Virus record (IMG/VR): IMGVR_UViG_3300049033_000018
Coordinates: 83,638 to 147,637 of that record
Direction: 5' to 3' (one strand)
DNA length: 64,000 nt
Source of the DNA: a virus
Under the pieces are notes generated by a model, which was not told the origin of the DNA, ran no database searches, and worked only from the letters and a program-made list of their open reading frames with translations. This document shows positions 20,913 to 31,585 of this stretch, piece by piece. Every line of letters starts with the position of its first letter. Position 1 is the first letter of the stretch. The position numbers and the translations under genes are program-made.

Positions 20913-21551
20913 TTACTTTGTAGCTCCATTTACGTTAATCGCACCTACAGCTCCTGCTTTCGCTCTTTCGATTGAGGCATCTCTTTCAGCATCTAATTGT
21001 TCATATAGCTTAGTAACTTGACTTTCTAAGAAAGTTTTTTGCCCTTCTAGAGTAGCAATTTTTGAGGTATTCTCAATGTTTGATGCTCTATGTTCAGCTT
21101 CAGCTAATTTAGTTGCTGCTTCGTGGTCTGATTTTAATTTGCTTGAAACAATTGCTACAGCTTTATCAGCTTCTTTAGCAGCATTTGCTTTAGTTGTTTC
21201 CAACTCAGCTTTTAAAGCCTGTAATTCAGCTTTAGAAATGGCTACCTGACCATTTGACATAAGGAAATCAGTAACAACTTTGTTTGAATCCTGTTTAAAT
21301 TGAATGTCTAAATCAACATTCTTTTGTCTTAACTTTTCCTTGTATTCAGCTTCTAATCCTTCAATTTCAGCCGTTTTGTTTGTAATTTGAAGAGTAAGTT
21401 CCTCAGCTTTTGCTTCCATGTTATCTAAGATAAGAGCTGCTGCTCCTCTTAAATCTCCAACTGCTCTGTTGATTAACTGAGCCCCCTGACCCAAAATTAC
21501 TTCTGTTGCTACATTTGTTTTCTTTGTTGCTGTTGCTTTTCCGATTGCCAT
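20913..21551 (-). CDS. Coiled-coil hypothetical protein
   Basis: Ala/Glu/Lys-rich heptad-like sequence. Confidence 0.7.
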   Translation of the reverse strand: MAIGKATATKKTNVATEVILGQGAQLINRAVGDLRGAAALILDNMEAKAEELTLQITNKTAEIEGLEAEYKEKLRQKNVDLDIQFKQDSNKVVTDFLMSNGQVAISKAELQALKAELETTKANAAKEADKAVAIVSSKLKSDHEAATKLAEAEHRASNIENTSKIATLEGQKTFLESQVTKLYEQLDAERDASIERAKAGAVGAINVNGATK

Positions 21552-22453
21552 AATAAATAATTTGTTTTAAAATTTTACGATTGTTTTTTGCTGATTGTGT
21601 AAGCGTTATTTTCTTTTGTAATGACCATACTCCCTTCTGTAATATTAGGGTGGTCAAGTTGGATACTACCTTTATAAAATACTCCTGGATATAAAGGTAC
21701 AGTTGAATTAGTGAATGTTTTCAGTTGAATTAAAAAATGATGACCTTTAGAAAAAGAGTAGGTATCTCTAACTTCCCACCCTTTATCTAGATATTCATTT
21801 AAATCATCCACACCAATTGAATCGCTATCAAGAACTGTGATTAATTTTTGCATGTTACTTCTTTTTTAAAGTGTACTTTACTTTGTCCACAATAAGATAC
21901 TGAATAGTTCTAGTATCAACTTGTCTTAACCTAGTGTCATAGTTAGCTCCTGCTCCTGGTAAAGGTTTTTCCATGTCAACCATGTTCACTCTACCAAAGT
22001 TATCTTGAGCACCATGCCATCTACCTCTCATTACTCTTGGGTCAGTTTTTTCTTTTGTTTCTACTGGCTTAGATGCAAATTCTTCAATTGCACTTCTACC
22101 TTTAGCCATCAAAGCTTTTTCAACCTGTTCTGCCCAAGCAGCTCTGTCTTTTGCTAATTGAGTTTTACTTTTGTCTTTTCCTTGAGGGATAAAACATACT
22201 GTTAAAACTCTGTAAGGGTTAGCTAAGAAGATTTCTGCCAATTCTGTTGCTGTTTTATCTTCCTCAGAGTCAAAATAATCTCCTGTAACTAAGATGTCAC
22301 TTTCAACATAATCTTTGCTTAAAGTAATTTCATTGCCGAAATCATCTAAAGTTACAATTCCACCTTTACCATCTGAACCTTGAACAACATAATAAGCTGT
22401 TTCTGATAAAATGTCTCCTTTCTTAAATACTGTTTTACTCATTGCTGTTTATT

Positions 22454-23314
22454 TTACTTTTTATTTACTGTTTTATAGAATCCTCTTGTTACTTCCTCTC
22501 CATTAGATACCGCACTCATAAAGCTCATTCTTGCAGAAGAAGTTTGAACCATAGCTTTCTCTAATCCTTTAGCAGAACCATCATAAACTAATGTATTTGA
22601 AGCATCAATGTTAATATTCTCTTGAACTTTTTTAACATCTGAATCTGTTCCAACGAAAGTTACTGTGAAACCATTTTTTTCTGCTTTTGAAATCAATTCT
22701 TTTACTTTAAAAGGGTTTCTAAATTCTCTAGAATCATTTTCAATACCATCTGTGTAGATGTTTACTAACACTTTAGTATCTTTATGGTCTGTATGGTTTT
22801 TCATGTCCAATACTTTATTCAAAGTAATTCCAATTGCATCATAAAGAGCAGTTGACCCACCCATTTTGTAATCAGGAACTCTTGTAAAAGTATCTAGTTT
22901 TTTAGGAGCTTCAAATTGATACATATCTGGCTCACTAAAGATACAAATACCATAATGGTAATTTGCTTCAACCTTACTATTTTTAAGGTCAGCTATACCA
23001 ATCTTAATACCTTCATCTGCTTTTGAGATTTTAGAGCTCTTGCTCATTAGGTCACCCATTGAAACACTAGCATCCAAAATATCAATAACAAATATTGTTG
23101 GAACTACTTTTTTCTTAACTACTTTGGTTTTTGTAGGTTTTGGTTCCTTTTTCATTTCAGACAAAGTATGAGATGGAGACCCAATCATACCTTCTAGAAA
23201 ACCTTTGTAAAGGTCAGCAGTTGCATAACCAGCAGCTTGTGCTAGTTTTAGTTTTCTTTCATTATTAGCTTTTTTAAATGATGCTAATGCTTTTTCAAAA
23301 AATTGTACACTCAT
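22454..23314 (-). CDS. von Willebrand factor A domain protein
   Basis: DILDASVSM (MIDAS), STALYDAI, IYTDGIENDS, FVG. Confidence 0.85.
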   Translation of the reverse strand: MSVQFFEKALASFKKANNERKLKLAQAAGYATADLYKGFLEGMIGSPSHTLSEMKKEPKPTKTKVVKKKVVPTIFVIDILDASVSMGDLMSKSSKISKADEGIKIGIADLKNSKVEANYHYGICIFSEPDMYQFEAPKKLDTFTRVPDYKMGGSTALYDAIGITLNKVLDMKNHTDHKDTKVLVNIYTDGIENDSREFRNPFKVKELISKAEKNGFTVTFVGTDSDVKKVQENINIDASNTLVYDGSAKGLEKAMVQTSSARMSFMSAVSNGEEVTRGFYKTVNKK

Positions 23315-23331
23315 TATAAACTTATTTTCTT

Positions 23332-24264
23332 TTAAAATTTTACGAAGTTTTGATTTACGTTTAATACGAACATTCCAAGTTTATGGAAGTTTCTTGTAAC
23401 TCCTATTCTGTCATCCAGAACACCAACTACGTTGAAGTTTGGTACAAGATTATTCAAAACTATTTCTTCTTTTACTATACTGTCGTTTCTTTGGTCTTTC
23501 GCTCTTCTCATAAAGATTTCAGAATCGGTCATCCACAAATTATTATCCTTTAACCATTTGACAGTTGTTCCCATACAAGAGTCCTGTCTGCCTGATACGA
23601 ACACTATCTTGAAACCATCTTTATGAAGAGCTCTGATAATGTGCCCCACTTCCTTAATTTCAATATCTAAATGAAGCTTAGAATCATCAAAGATGTCTCT
23701 GTCTCCTTTTAGAGCAACCGTACCATCAATATCAACGATATAGGTTGCAGGAAGGTTAGTGTCAAATTTAACTTTGGTGGAGGTTTGTGGGTAGAAGAGT
23801 CTTTCACCATGCATAGCTTTTTTAAGCTTTTGGTAATCGTTAAACTGTTTATCAATGTAATCAGTTTTGATTGTCCAAGAAGTATCAGTTCTCATTGATA
23901 CTCTTTGCTTAGCTTCTTTTACATCAATATCAAGAAATACTAATTCAATGTCAGCTAGGTGATTAAACTTGAAGATAATATCATCAATTACTTTCTTCTG
24001 TAAATGAGTATTATCAAAGACAATATCTCTTCCTTTGTTAAGAGCATTATAAACTGTGTCTTCAATGGTTTCAGAAACTAAATCTTCACAAGCTCTAATG
24101 TCTTTCCTCTCATAGTACAAATGGTCTGATTGTTTAGCTCCGAAAAGCATTAATCTTGCATCGTCTCTGTTAACTCTGATTGTGTTTTTGTCTTTTAGAA
24201 GAGGAACAGTAAAACTTGATTTACCTGCTCCTGAAATACCTATTAAAACTGTTATTTTACTCAT
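23332..24264 (-). CDS. pseT: Polynucleotide 5'-kinase / 3'-phosphatase (T4 PseT-like)
   Basis: P-loop GISGAGKS, NRDD, DNTH; HAD DIDGT, SGR, MR...D.R.D..VK, DDR. Confidence 0.9.
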   Translation of the reverse strand: MSKITVLIGISGAGKSSFTVPLLKDKNTIRVNRDDARLMLFGAKQSDHLYYERKDIRACEDLVSETIEDTVYNALNKGRDIVFDNTHLQKKVIDDIIFKFNHLADIELVFLDIDVKEAKQRVSMRTDTSWTIKTDYIDKQFNDYQKLKKAMHGERLFYPQTSTKVKFDTNLPATYIVDIDGTVALKGDRDIFDDSKLHLDIEIKEVGHIIRALHKDGFKIVFVSGRQDSCMGTTVKWLKDNNLWMTDSEIFMRRAKDQRNDSIVKEEIVLNNLVPNFNVVGVLDDRIGVTRNFHKLGMFVLNVNQNFVKF

Positions 24265-24285
24265 TTGTTTAGTTGATTATTATAC

Positions 24286-24343
24286 TGCAAAGATACAAAA
24301 AATTATTGTAATATGCAAATATTTTTAGTTAAAAGTTTGTTAA
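24286..24343 (-). promoter_or_regulatory. Promoter with TTAAC box
   Basis: TATCTTTG at 24288-24295; TTTG -33 element; GTTAA at 24328 and 24339. Confidence 0.75.
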
Positions 24344-24357
24344 AAATTTAAACTTTA

Positions 24358-25035
24358 TTATTCATTACCTATATAGAGTACAGTGTTAGCATCTTTTTGA
24401 ATAACAATTGTTGGGGTACCTTGAGAAGATAACTCTGTGTTAAACTTTTCAATAACTCTAGTGTCAAAAGGTTTACAGATTATATGAATTCCTGATTTGG
24501 TTGTATTAATGAAAATTGGGAAATTACTAATTGGATTTATTTCACTGAATCTATCATAAGTTTTTCTATCCTTATAATGTTTTTTCAATTCTTTTATTAC
24601 ATCATCTTTAAGATGTAAATGTTCTGCATCCATATCAATAACCCACCAATCTTTGGAACCACCTTTTCCTGAAACCGAATTCCAGACTCCCTCATTCTTC
24701 CATGCACAATTATTCAGGATGTTATCAATAATCTCTTTCTGCATTAACATTGAAATAGTTACAGCATTTTGAGTATTAAGTCTCAGATAAGCTCTAGCAT
24801 TATTCAAATCACATATTTCTTTGATTCTGTTTTTCTGTTTATCAAATTCTTGCCAAGAGTAGAAAGTATAAACTTTTAGTTGTTTTTCAGAATATTCCAA
24901 CTCAGGATTGTCTTTCTTTCTTTGTAGTATTCGCACTACATAAAAGTCATTTTCTGTTCTCAAATAAATGAGAGGCTCAAGTATTTCTAGTCTTTTCATA
25001 TTCTTCAGGTTTAAATGGGAATATTTTACCCCCAA
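24358..25035 (-). CDS. Hypothetical protein (possible primase/polymerase-like fold)
   Basis: RKKDN, ARAY, WVIDMD, TKSGIHII motifs. Confidence 0.45.
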   Translation of the reverse strand: MGVKYSHLNLKNMKRLEILEPLIYLRTENDFYVVRILQRKKDNPELEYSEKQLKVYTFYSWQEFDKQKNRIKEICDLNNARAYLRLNTQNAVTISMLMQKEIIDNILNNCAWKNEGVWNSVSGKGGSKDWWVIDMDAEHLHLKDDVIKELKKHYKDRKTYDRFSEINPISNFPIFINTTKSGIHIICKPFDTRVIEKFNTELSSQGTPTIVIQKDANTVLYIGNE

Positions 25036-26121
25036 TTATATTTAAATTTTCATCTACTTTAATTTCTAAATTAGCATATTCTCCATATTCAAAAATTAAA
25101 TTTGCTTTTTCATGTAACTTATCATGAGCAATATCTTCATCAGGGAATTCTTTTTGTATGTTTTCTTGAAATAAATCATAAACTAAATCCATCCACCCAT
25201 CAGAATACTTAATGTTCTCTAGTGTTATCTTTGATGTTTTCATTTTAAAATTCATTTAAATTATGAATTGCTGTATTTAAATCATTATCAAACTGTTCCT
25301 TAGTTCTTACATCAAACCATCCATTAAATAAAGATTTGATAATTGAGCCTTTCTCACTATTATCTTTATCATTGTATAAATCAGTTAACCCTCCTATTGC
25401 TGAAATATTAAAGGATTCTATTTTATTCTTGAAACTCAGATAAACACAAGTTACATGATATTGATGGATTATTTCAGACTCACCTTTCTCATGTCTCCAT
25501 GTAGTCCAAATAGGTATCATTCTAACTGACCTTCTCACCCCTGTTTCAAAAAAATAAGCAGGTTCATCAGGTAAGTCATATTCTTTACCTTCAACTTCTA
25601 TTCTTTTTATTTCGTAAGTATTAATTTTTACTTTCATTTTCTAAGTGTTTTCTACTGTGATATGTAGCTACAATTTCCCCATCAATGATGTTACGTTTAG
25701 TTATAATACCTATACTACCTGTTCCATCACTTTTATAAGGGTCATATCCTACAATGTATTTACTAGGCTGTTTAAATTTTAATATATGGTTATGAAGGAG
25801 TGGAAACCCTAATATATCCACTCCAACCCAGAATGTTATAACTTTAATCATATTAATTAGCATCTTTTCTCCAGATTCTTTTACCTGTTGTATAGATAGT
25901 ATCTGTTGTTTTAGTTACAAAAGGAAACCAAGTTTTCTCTTTTTTTACAATCATTGTTTCTCTTTCCTCATACTTTGAATCAATACGAGGGTTCTTCACA
26001 ACTTTTGAAGCATGTTCATAGGTAATTGGAGTAACCAATTCTAATTTATCTTCATATACAGCAGGAGTTAGTCTATACCACATTAAACTAGGAGTTATAA
26101 ATAGTATGATTAAAATTATTG

Positions 26122-26907
26122 TTAGCAATACACTTCGTCTGAATTCCATTGTTCGTGGTTTTTAAGTTTATAAATTTTAGTAAAACTGAAGTAAAATAGA
26201 CTGATAAAAACAGCCATTCCTGATATGATAATCATTGCTTCTACATTCAATACTATAAATAAAAGAAACATTATAGTAGAAAGCATTAACATAACGAACC
26301 TAATAAAATTAGAAAATACATCATCCTTATGTACAAAAGTATCAAATAAAAACCAATACTTTCTAGATTTATTAAATTCACTCCCCCAGCTATGTATCTG
26401 ATTGAATACATCTTTCTCCTTTGCTTCTGGATTATAAGAATCAGAAGTATGAGTTCTATAAAACAACATCAAATCTCCACTATATGAAAAGTCTTTTTTA
26501 CCAAACATTTCTGTTGGAGCTAACATAAAAAGTTGTCTAGTGGAGATAGGAAATTTATTTCTATCACAAAAATCTTTAATATGATTTGCTGTATCAGGTG
26601 GAACAATTCCTCTGTATTTAGTTGTAGGAAGCATTCTTAAATCATATTTATGACAAAGCTCTTTAATCTGGGCTCCTGTAAAACATTCAGTTTTATAAGT
26701 TGCCTCAGCAGCCTTTACCCTTTTGTAATCATCTGTGATTGTACTGTCAGCAGGATTAGTTGAGGAAAGACCAGCTTCTTTAAGAATCTCATCTTGCTCT
26801 CTTGAGTATCCTATCAATAAAGTTTTAGCACTTTCTAGGGAATTTATAAAAGGTCGTTCTTCCTTGTCTTTTAAGGTTCGTAGTTCTTTTTTTAATCTTG
26901 TATTCAT
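26122..26907 (-). CDS. Hypothetical membrane protein
   Basis: Two C-terminal hydrophobic segments. Confidence 0.65.
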   Translation of the reverse strand: MNTRLKKELRTLKDKEERPFINSLESAKTLLIGYSREQDEILKEAGLSSTNPADSTITDDYKRVKAAEATYKTECFTGAQIKELCHKYDLRMLPTTKYRGIVPPDTANHIKDFCDRNKFPISTRQLFMLAPTEMFGKKDFSYSGDLMLFYRTHTSDSYNPEAKEKDVFNQIHSWGSEFNKSRKYWFLFDTFVHKDDVFSNFIRFVMLMLSTIMFLLFIVLNVEAMIIISGMAVFISLFYFSFTKIYKLKNHEQWNSDEVYC

Positions 26908-26909
26908 TT

Positions 26910-27386
26910 TTATTTGTTTAGTATTTTGATAGCATCTTCAACATGCCAATCTTTTAAACCATATTTCCACATTGTTTTTACAAAGTTATTCTGTTGGTTT
27001 TTACACATGTCATTATCATCATCTAAGATAACATAATTGTCGAATTTTACTTTTGAATTAAGCATCCAAAATTGAATTTCATCCCCTCTTACAGTTTCTC
27101 CAAATCTACATCTTCCTTTAAGTGAAGGAGTCTTCCCAATAATTGTACCATTGATACCAACTTTTTTAAATAGTTCTTTCAATTGATTAGTTGTTCTACC
27201 TATTCTCCATGCAGAAGAAATAACTATACTGGCATTTGTAGCTTTTATAATTCGGTTGAACCTCTTTACAGCTTCAGAATCGAATTCACTCAAAGGATAC
27301 TTTTCATCATAACCTGTTTTATTCCTTTTGATAAAATATTCCTCACTGTTGAGAACTCCATCAATATCCAAAAATATTATATTCAT
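26910..27386 (-). CDS. HAD-family phosphatase (Swiss-Army-knife RNA-repair type)
   Basis: IFLDIDGVLN, IVISSAWR, RG.EI..W, YVILDD. Confidence 0.85.
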   Translation of the reverse strand: MNIIFLDIDGVLNSEEYFIKRNKTGYDEKYPLSEFDSEAVKRFNRIIKATNASIVISSAWRIGRTTNQLKELFKKVGINGTIIGKTPSLKGRCRFGETVRGDEIQFWMLNSKVKFDNYVILDDDNDMCKNQQNNFVKTMWKYGLKDWHVEDAIKILNK

Positions 27387-28072
27387 TAGTCAGTATAAGC
27401 TACAAATTTAAAATGATTTTTACCAAAACTCGTAAACCTACCTCCAAAGGTTCCATCTACTCGTTTTCTTACCTCTTCCTGAGTCATACCATCGGGATAA
27501 ACACCTTCTTTAATCATTGAGAAATGTGTATGACTAGAACTCCTATAATCAAATTTTTCTACAGGTATTTCTCCATTAATCTGCATTCTTAAATAGGTTT
27601 CTTTTTCATCTCTTAGACTCATTTGTCTATCCCATTCTGCCTGATTCTTTTTCACATACTCTCTATCTCTTTCCCTTTGTTCCTCCTCTCCATCCCATCC
27701 ACACTCAGGGCAGTGTTCTTTTATAGTAGTACAGTACCCACATGGAGGGTTGATATGACAACTACACCCTCCATCTACATACTTTTCTTCTATAATACCT
27801 TGGCAACCATTCCTATTACAGGTGCTACCATCCTCATAACCTTCTTCTAAAGTACTCATCTTCGTCTAATTTTTTTAATTATAAAAATAAATATGATAAT
27901 TAACCCTAGAGCTGTATTAACTAAAGGTATACAAGCAAAAAATAACAGAAGTAAAACAATAATATCACTCCATTTATCTCCTATTTGATTTAACTTTGCA
28001 AATTCAATGATAAATATGTAAAGTATAATCAAAGGTATTACATATAGAATCAAAAAAACTGTTGTCCACATA

Positions 28073-29254
28073 TTAAAACCCTCTTCTAAATGTTAATAAA
28101 ATATTTTTTGCATACTCAACATCAATCATTTCTGGTAAATTAACTGTTTCATAGTTACCATGAATCTCACTGACAAGCTTTTCAGCATCTTTCATAAGCT
28201 CTTCATAAGGATATTTACCTTCTTTTATGTCTCTAAGAAACTGAACATTCTCTGTTCTAACAATAATTCCTTTTCCTAATGAAACATTTAAAGCCATCTC
28301 TAATAATCTGAACAAATGAGACATATTTTTTAAGTCAACTCCTTGTCCTGCCTTTTGATTTAAATCAAATCTAGCCTCATTTCTATTCTTTACCCACTCC
28401 CAGTATGCTTTATGTTGCTTACAGTGTACCTCAAATCCATCTAGGTTATAATATAGGGTATATACTTCTTTCCTTAATTCAATATTTGTTTTAGGGATAG
28501 AAGAAAGTCTTAGCTGAGTGGATTTACTATCTTTAATAAGACCTGCAAAGTTATCCCCATCCAACTCATTTAAATATAATGCATATAGACCTTTACCATT
28601 CTCTACTTTTACTAATCCCCAGTTATTATGGTTTAAATACTGTTCTTCAAGACTCCCATGATAAGAAATATATGTATCATACCAATCCAAGAAAGGAATT
28701 GATTTTGCTCCATCAACAATGTAACAATAATGCAAAATTGAATTTCTCTCCTCTGGCTGTCTATTATTCATGTTCTTATTAAGTCCTGTAGCTTTCTTTA
28801 TCTGAGACTTAGCATATCCTAGAATTGAATTTTCAGTGAGTTTTGTAACCCATTTTTCCTGACTTTCAAATACTTTCATTGAATCATCTTTAAATATAAC
28901 ACATTCTTCAGGAATATCCAAAGTTTCAAGAATAGTAGGATTATTTTTTACAAGTAACTCAATGTAATTTTGAATCTCGTACCCTACAATATCACCAGTT
29001 CCTGAGACATCAATATAAGGAATGTAATTAGGCTTAGCTACTTGTTCAGAAAGACTTTTAAGAATCTCTACTGTTGGTTGTTGATAAACAAATGTAATAT
29101 CAACATCTGATTTGTCTGTAGCTGTTCCATACATATGACTCCCTCTTACATAAGCTAGCAAAATTTTAATATTGTGTTGCTTTTCTATGAAAGGAATTGA
29201 AGCTCCAAATTTATTCTTTTCTAATTTAAATTCATGTGTCTTTAGATTTGCCAT
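28073..29254 (-). CDS. Nucleotidyltransferase (YcgL / T4 NrdC.11-like)
   Basis: RGSHMYGT....SDVD, NPTILE, GYAKSQ, KNMSHLFRLL. Confidence 0.8.
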   Translation of the reverse strand: MANLKTHEFKLEKNKFGASIPFIEKQHNIKILLAYVRGSHMYGTATDKSDVDITFVYQQPTVEILKSLSEQVAKPNYIPYIDVSGTGDIVGYEIQNYIELLVKNNPTILETLDIPEECVIFKDDSMKVFESQEKWVTKLTENSILGYAKSQIKKATGLNKNMNNRQPEERNSILHYCYIVDGAKSIPFLDWYDTYISYHGSLEEQYLNHNNWGLVKVENGKGLYALYLNELDGDNFAGLIKDSKSTQLRLSSIPKTNIELRKEVYTLYYNLDGFEVHCKQHKAYWEWVKNRNEARFDLNQKAGQGVDLKNMSHLFRLLEMALNVSLGKGIIVRTENVQFLRDIKEGKYPYEELMKDAEKLVSEIHGNYETVNLPEMIDVEYAKNILLTFRRGF

Positions 29255-29614
29255 TATTTAAGATTTTTGTAGGTTATAGGTACACTGATGAGGAATTTCC
29301 ACAATAGCATGACAACTTATGCTTTTTAAAAACTCCATCATTTGATTTAAAGTTTTAATTAACTCTCCACCCTCTTGATAAGGAGCTCTTACAAATGTTT
29401 CTCTATCCTCAATAGAATAACGAATTATTTGTTGACCATCTAAAGTAATATAAGTGAATTTATCGAATTCTTCGAAATCAATATTTTCATTTATTCTAAT
29501 TAGAGTATTATTAAAGCCATTTGCATTAAATAACCATTGGAGATAATTCTGAGGTGCTACAGGTCTTCCTGAGTCAAATGGCATCATCATTCTAAAATCA
29601 AATTTCATCTGTAA

Positions 29615-30022
29615 TTATTTATAAAGATAAACAGGAGTCATCCCATTACTTGACCACTGAATAGTATTAGCATTTACTTTTTTGAACTTATAAGTTCCTG
29701 TAGATGTTCCAGCCGTAATAACAAAATTGTAATCGGTGTCATTTATAGTTTCATCAACCTTTGCTGTTTGTCCTGTACTGGCTGTTTGTTCTAAAATAGC
29801 TTTGTAGCTGGTGTAAGGTGTTAACAAGATAAAATCATCCTGTTTGAATTGAAAATACCCATTTGGAGCATTTTGAATTTTCCAAGTTCCCTGAATCCAT
29901 ACAGGAGGATGAAAATATTGATTTGGGTTACCTTCATCATCTAACAAGCTATTAGAATCTGAACTACAACTAAATGTTATACTTGCTAACATTACTAATG
30001 CAAATATCTTTAAATTTTTCAT
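29615..30022 (-). CDS. Lipoprotein
   Basis: Signal peptide with lipobox ITFSC; has its own promoter at 30054. Confidence 0.7.
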   Translation of the reverse strand: MKNLKIFALVMLASITFSCSSDSNSLLDDEGNPNQYFHPPVWIQGTWKIQNAPNGYFQFKQDDFILLTPYTSYKAILEQTASTGQTAKVDETINDTDYNFVITAGTSTGTYKFKKVNANTIQWSSNGMTPVYLYK

Positions 30023-30051
30023 TTTTACTTTATTTTAATTGTTAATTATGT

Positions 30052-30109
30052 TGCAAATATACAAAAAAATCCTCACTTACGCAAGGATTTAAAGTTAAAA
30101 TTTTGTTAA
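30052..30109 (-). promoter_or_regulatory. Promoter with TTAAC box and overlapping hairpin
   Basis: TATATTTG at 30054-30061; AAATCCT/AGGATTT hairpin; GTTAA at 30094 and 30105. Confidence 0.75.
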
Positions 30110-30114
30110 ATTAA

Positions 30115-30813
30115 TTATTTTGTTAATAGAATTCCACCAACAACACCAAGTCCTAAAGCAATGGCAGAAGGAACGACCCATGTGTTTCTTTTACTTTTTA
30201 CATCAACCTGATAGGTTTTTACATAGGGAGTTGTACTATATTTATTATGGTTTGTAATTTCACTAAAAGGAATAGGTTTACCTAAACCTAGAAAACCTGT
30301 TTTATCATACCCAATTGCTACTGTATATTCATCTTTAGTTCCTACATTGATTATGGTTGAATCTTGAGATGCAATAACATTACCAAAAACCCATCCTTCT
30401 TTATTAAAGTTACTTTTATATACTAACTGCTTTGTATTATCCACAACCACAGTATCTACCTTTGTTGGAACAGTTGTTGTAACTGCTGTAGTACTGGTAA
30501 AATTTGTTACACTTCCTCCTTTTTTGATTTGTTTCTCATACTTTTTTATCTGTTCTTGAAGTTTTTGTATCTCTTCAGATTGGTCTTTCAGATTGAGAAA
30601 ATCTTTTGGATTCTCTGTAATGACGGCTGTGTTTTTAGTATGACTCTTTCCTTGTTCGTCTTTCCAAGTCTTAGCTTTAGTATTTAAACTATTAATAAGA
30701 CCTGTTTGCTCATCAATCTTGTCAGACTGTCTACATGTTCTGACTGTTAGTAGTATAGAGAGTAATAGTAACCCTGCAACTACATACATTAAAATTTTAG
30801 TTAATTTGTCCAT
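30115..30813 (-). CDS. Membrane protein with N- and C-terminal TM segments (possibly spanin-like)
   Basis: Hydrophobic ends flanking a coiled-coil; function not established. Confidence 0.45.
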   Translation of the reverse strand: MDKLTKILMYVVAGLLLLSILLTVRTCRQSDKIDEQTGLINSLNTKAKTWKDEQGKSHTKNTAVITENPKDFLNLKDQSEEIQKLQEQIKKYEKQIKKGGSVTNFTSTTAVTTTVPTKVDTVVVDNTKQLVYKSNFNKEGWVFGNVIASQDSTIINVGTKDEYTVAIGYDKTGFLGLGKPIPFSEITNHNKYSTTPYVKTYQVDVKSKRNTWVVPSAIALGLGVVGGILLTK

Positions 30814-30814
30814 A

Positions 30815-31585
30815 TTATTTTTTCTCTGTCGTTGGTTTTAACCACATGGCATTTTCAAATATTCTTTTTAAAACATTAATTCCTGAAGTCCTATCTAATT
30901 CTACCAGCATTCCCATAGAATCAACAGTGTTATGCTTCATCATTTTAAAGATTTCTTCTCTTATTCTCTCTTGAGATACCACTTTAGAAAACTTATCCCA
31001 CATACCAACATCAGTTCTAATAACTTTTAGTATATCTTGAGACATAAACAATTTCTTTGTTATAGAAAATCTCAATGCTCTAAGCATTCTTAATGGGTCA
31101 TTGTTAAAAGAAGTCTCAGCATCTACAGGACATCTAAGAAGTTTATATTTTAAAGCTCCTTGACCATCAAATGGGTCAATTAGGTTTCCATCTTCATCCT
31201 CTGCAATTGCATTTACAGTGAAGTCTCTTCTTTTCAAATCATCATACAAAGTACCAATTTCAACTACTGGCATTCTTGTTTCAGGATTTGGGTAAGTCTC
31301 TTTTCTTGCAAGAACAAAATCAGCAGTAAGCTTTTCGTATTTATGACCTCCAGGGAATCTAGCTCTAGTAGTAAAAGCTTCTGGCACTTCAAGAAATATC
31401 TCAAAACCTTCATTAGATAAAATATCATTCATAGTAGTGTAGAATGCTGAAGGAAGGTCTTCTTTGAATGTCTTAATGTATTCTGGAGAAAATTCAAAGG
31501 TAAAATCAATATCTTTACTCTTGAGACCTAGGAGGGCATCTCTCACGCACCCTCCAACCTTATATAATTTATATGTTTTTTTCAT
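30815..31585 (-). CDS. Class II tRNA nucleotidyltransferase (CCA-adding / poly(A) polymerase family)
   Basis: VGGCVRD.LLG...KDID, DLKRRDFTVNA, DPFDG, DPLRMLRALRF, SQERI.EE. Confidence 0.9.
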   Translation of the reverse strand: MKKTYKLYKVGGCVRDALLGLKSKDIDFTFEFSPEYIKTFKEDLPSAFYTTMNDILSNEGFEIFLEVPEAFTTRARFPGGHKYEKLTADFVLARKETYPNPETRMPVVEIGTLYDDLKRRDFTVNAIAEDEDGNLIDPFDGQGALKYKLLRCPVDAETSFNNDPLRMLRALRFSITKKLFMSQDILKVIRTDVGMWDKFSKVVSQERIREEIFKMMKHNTVDSMGMLVELDRTSGINVLKRIFENAMWLKPTTEKK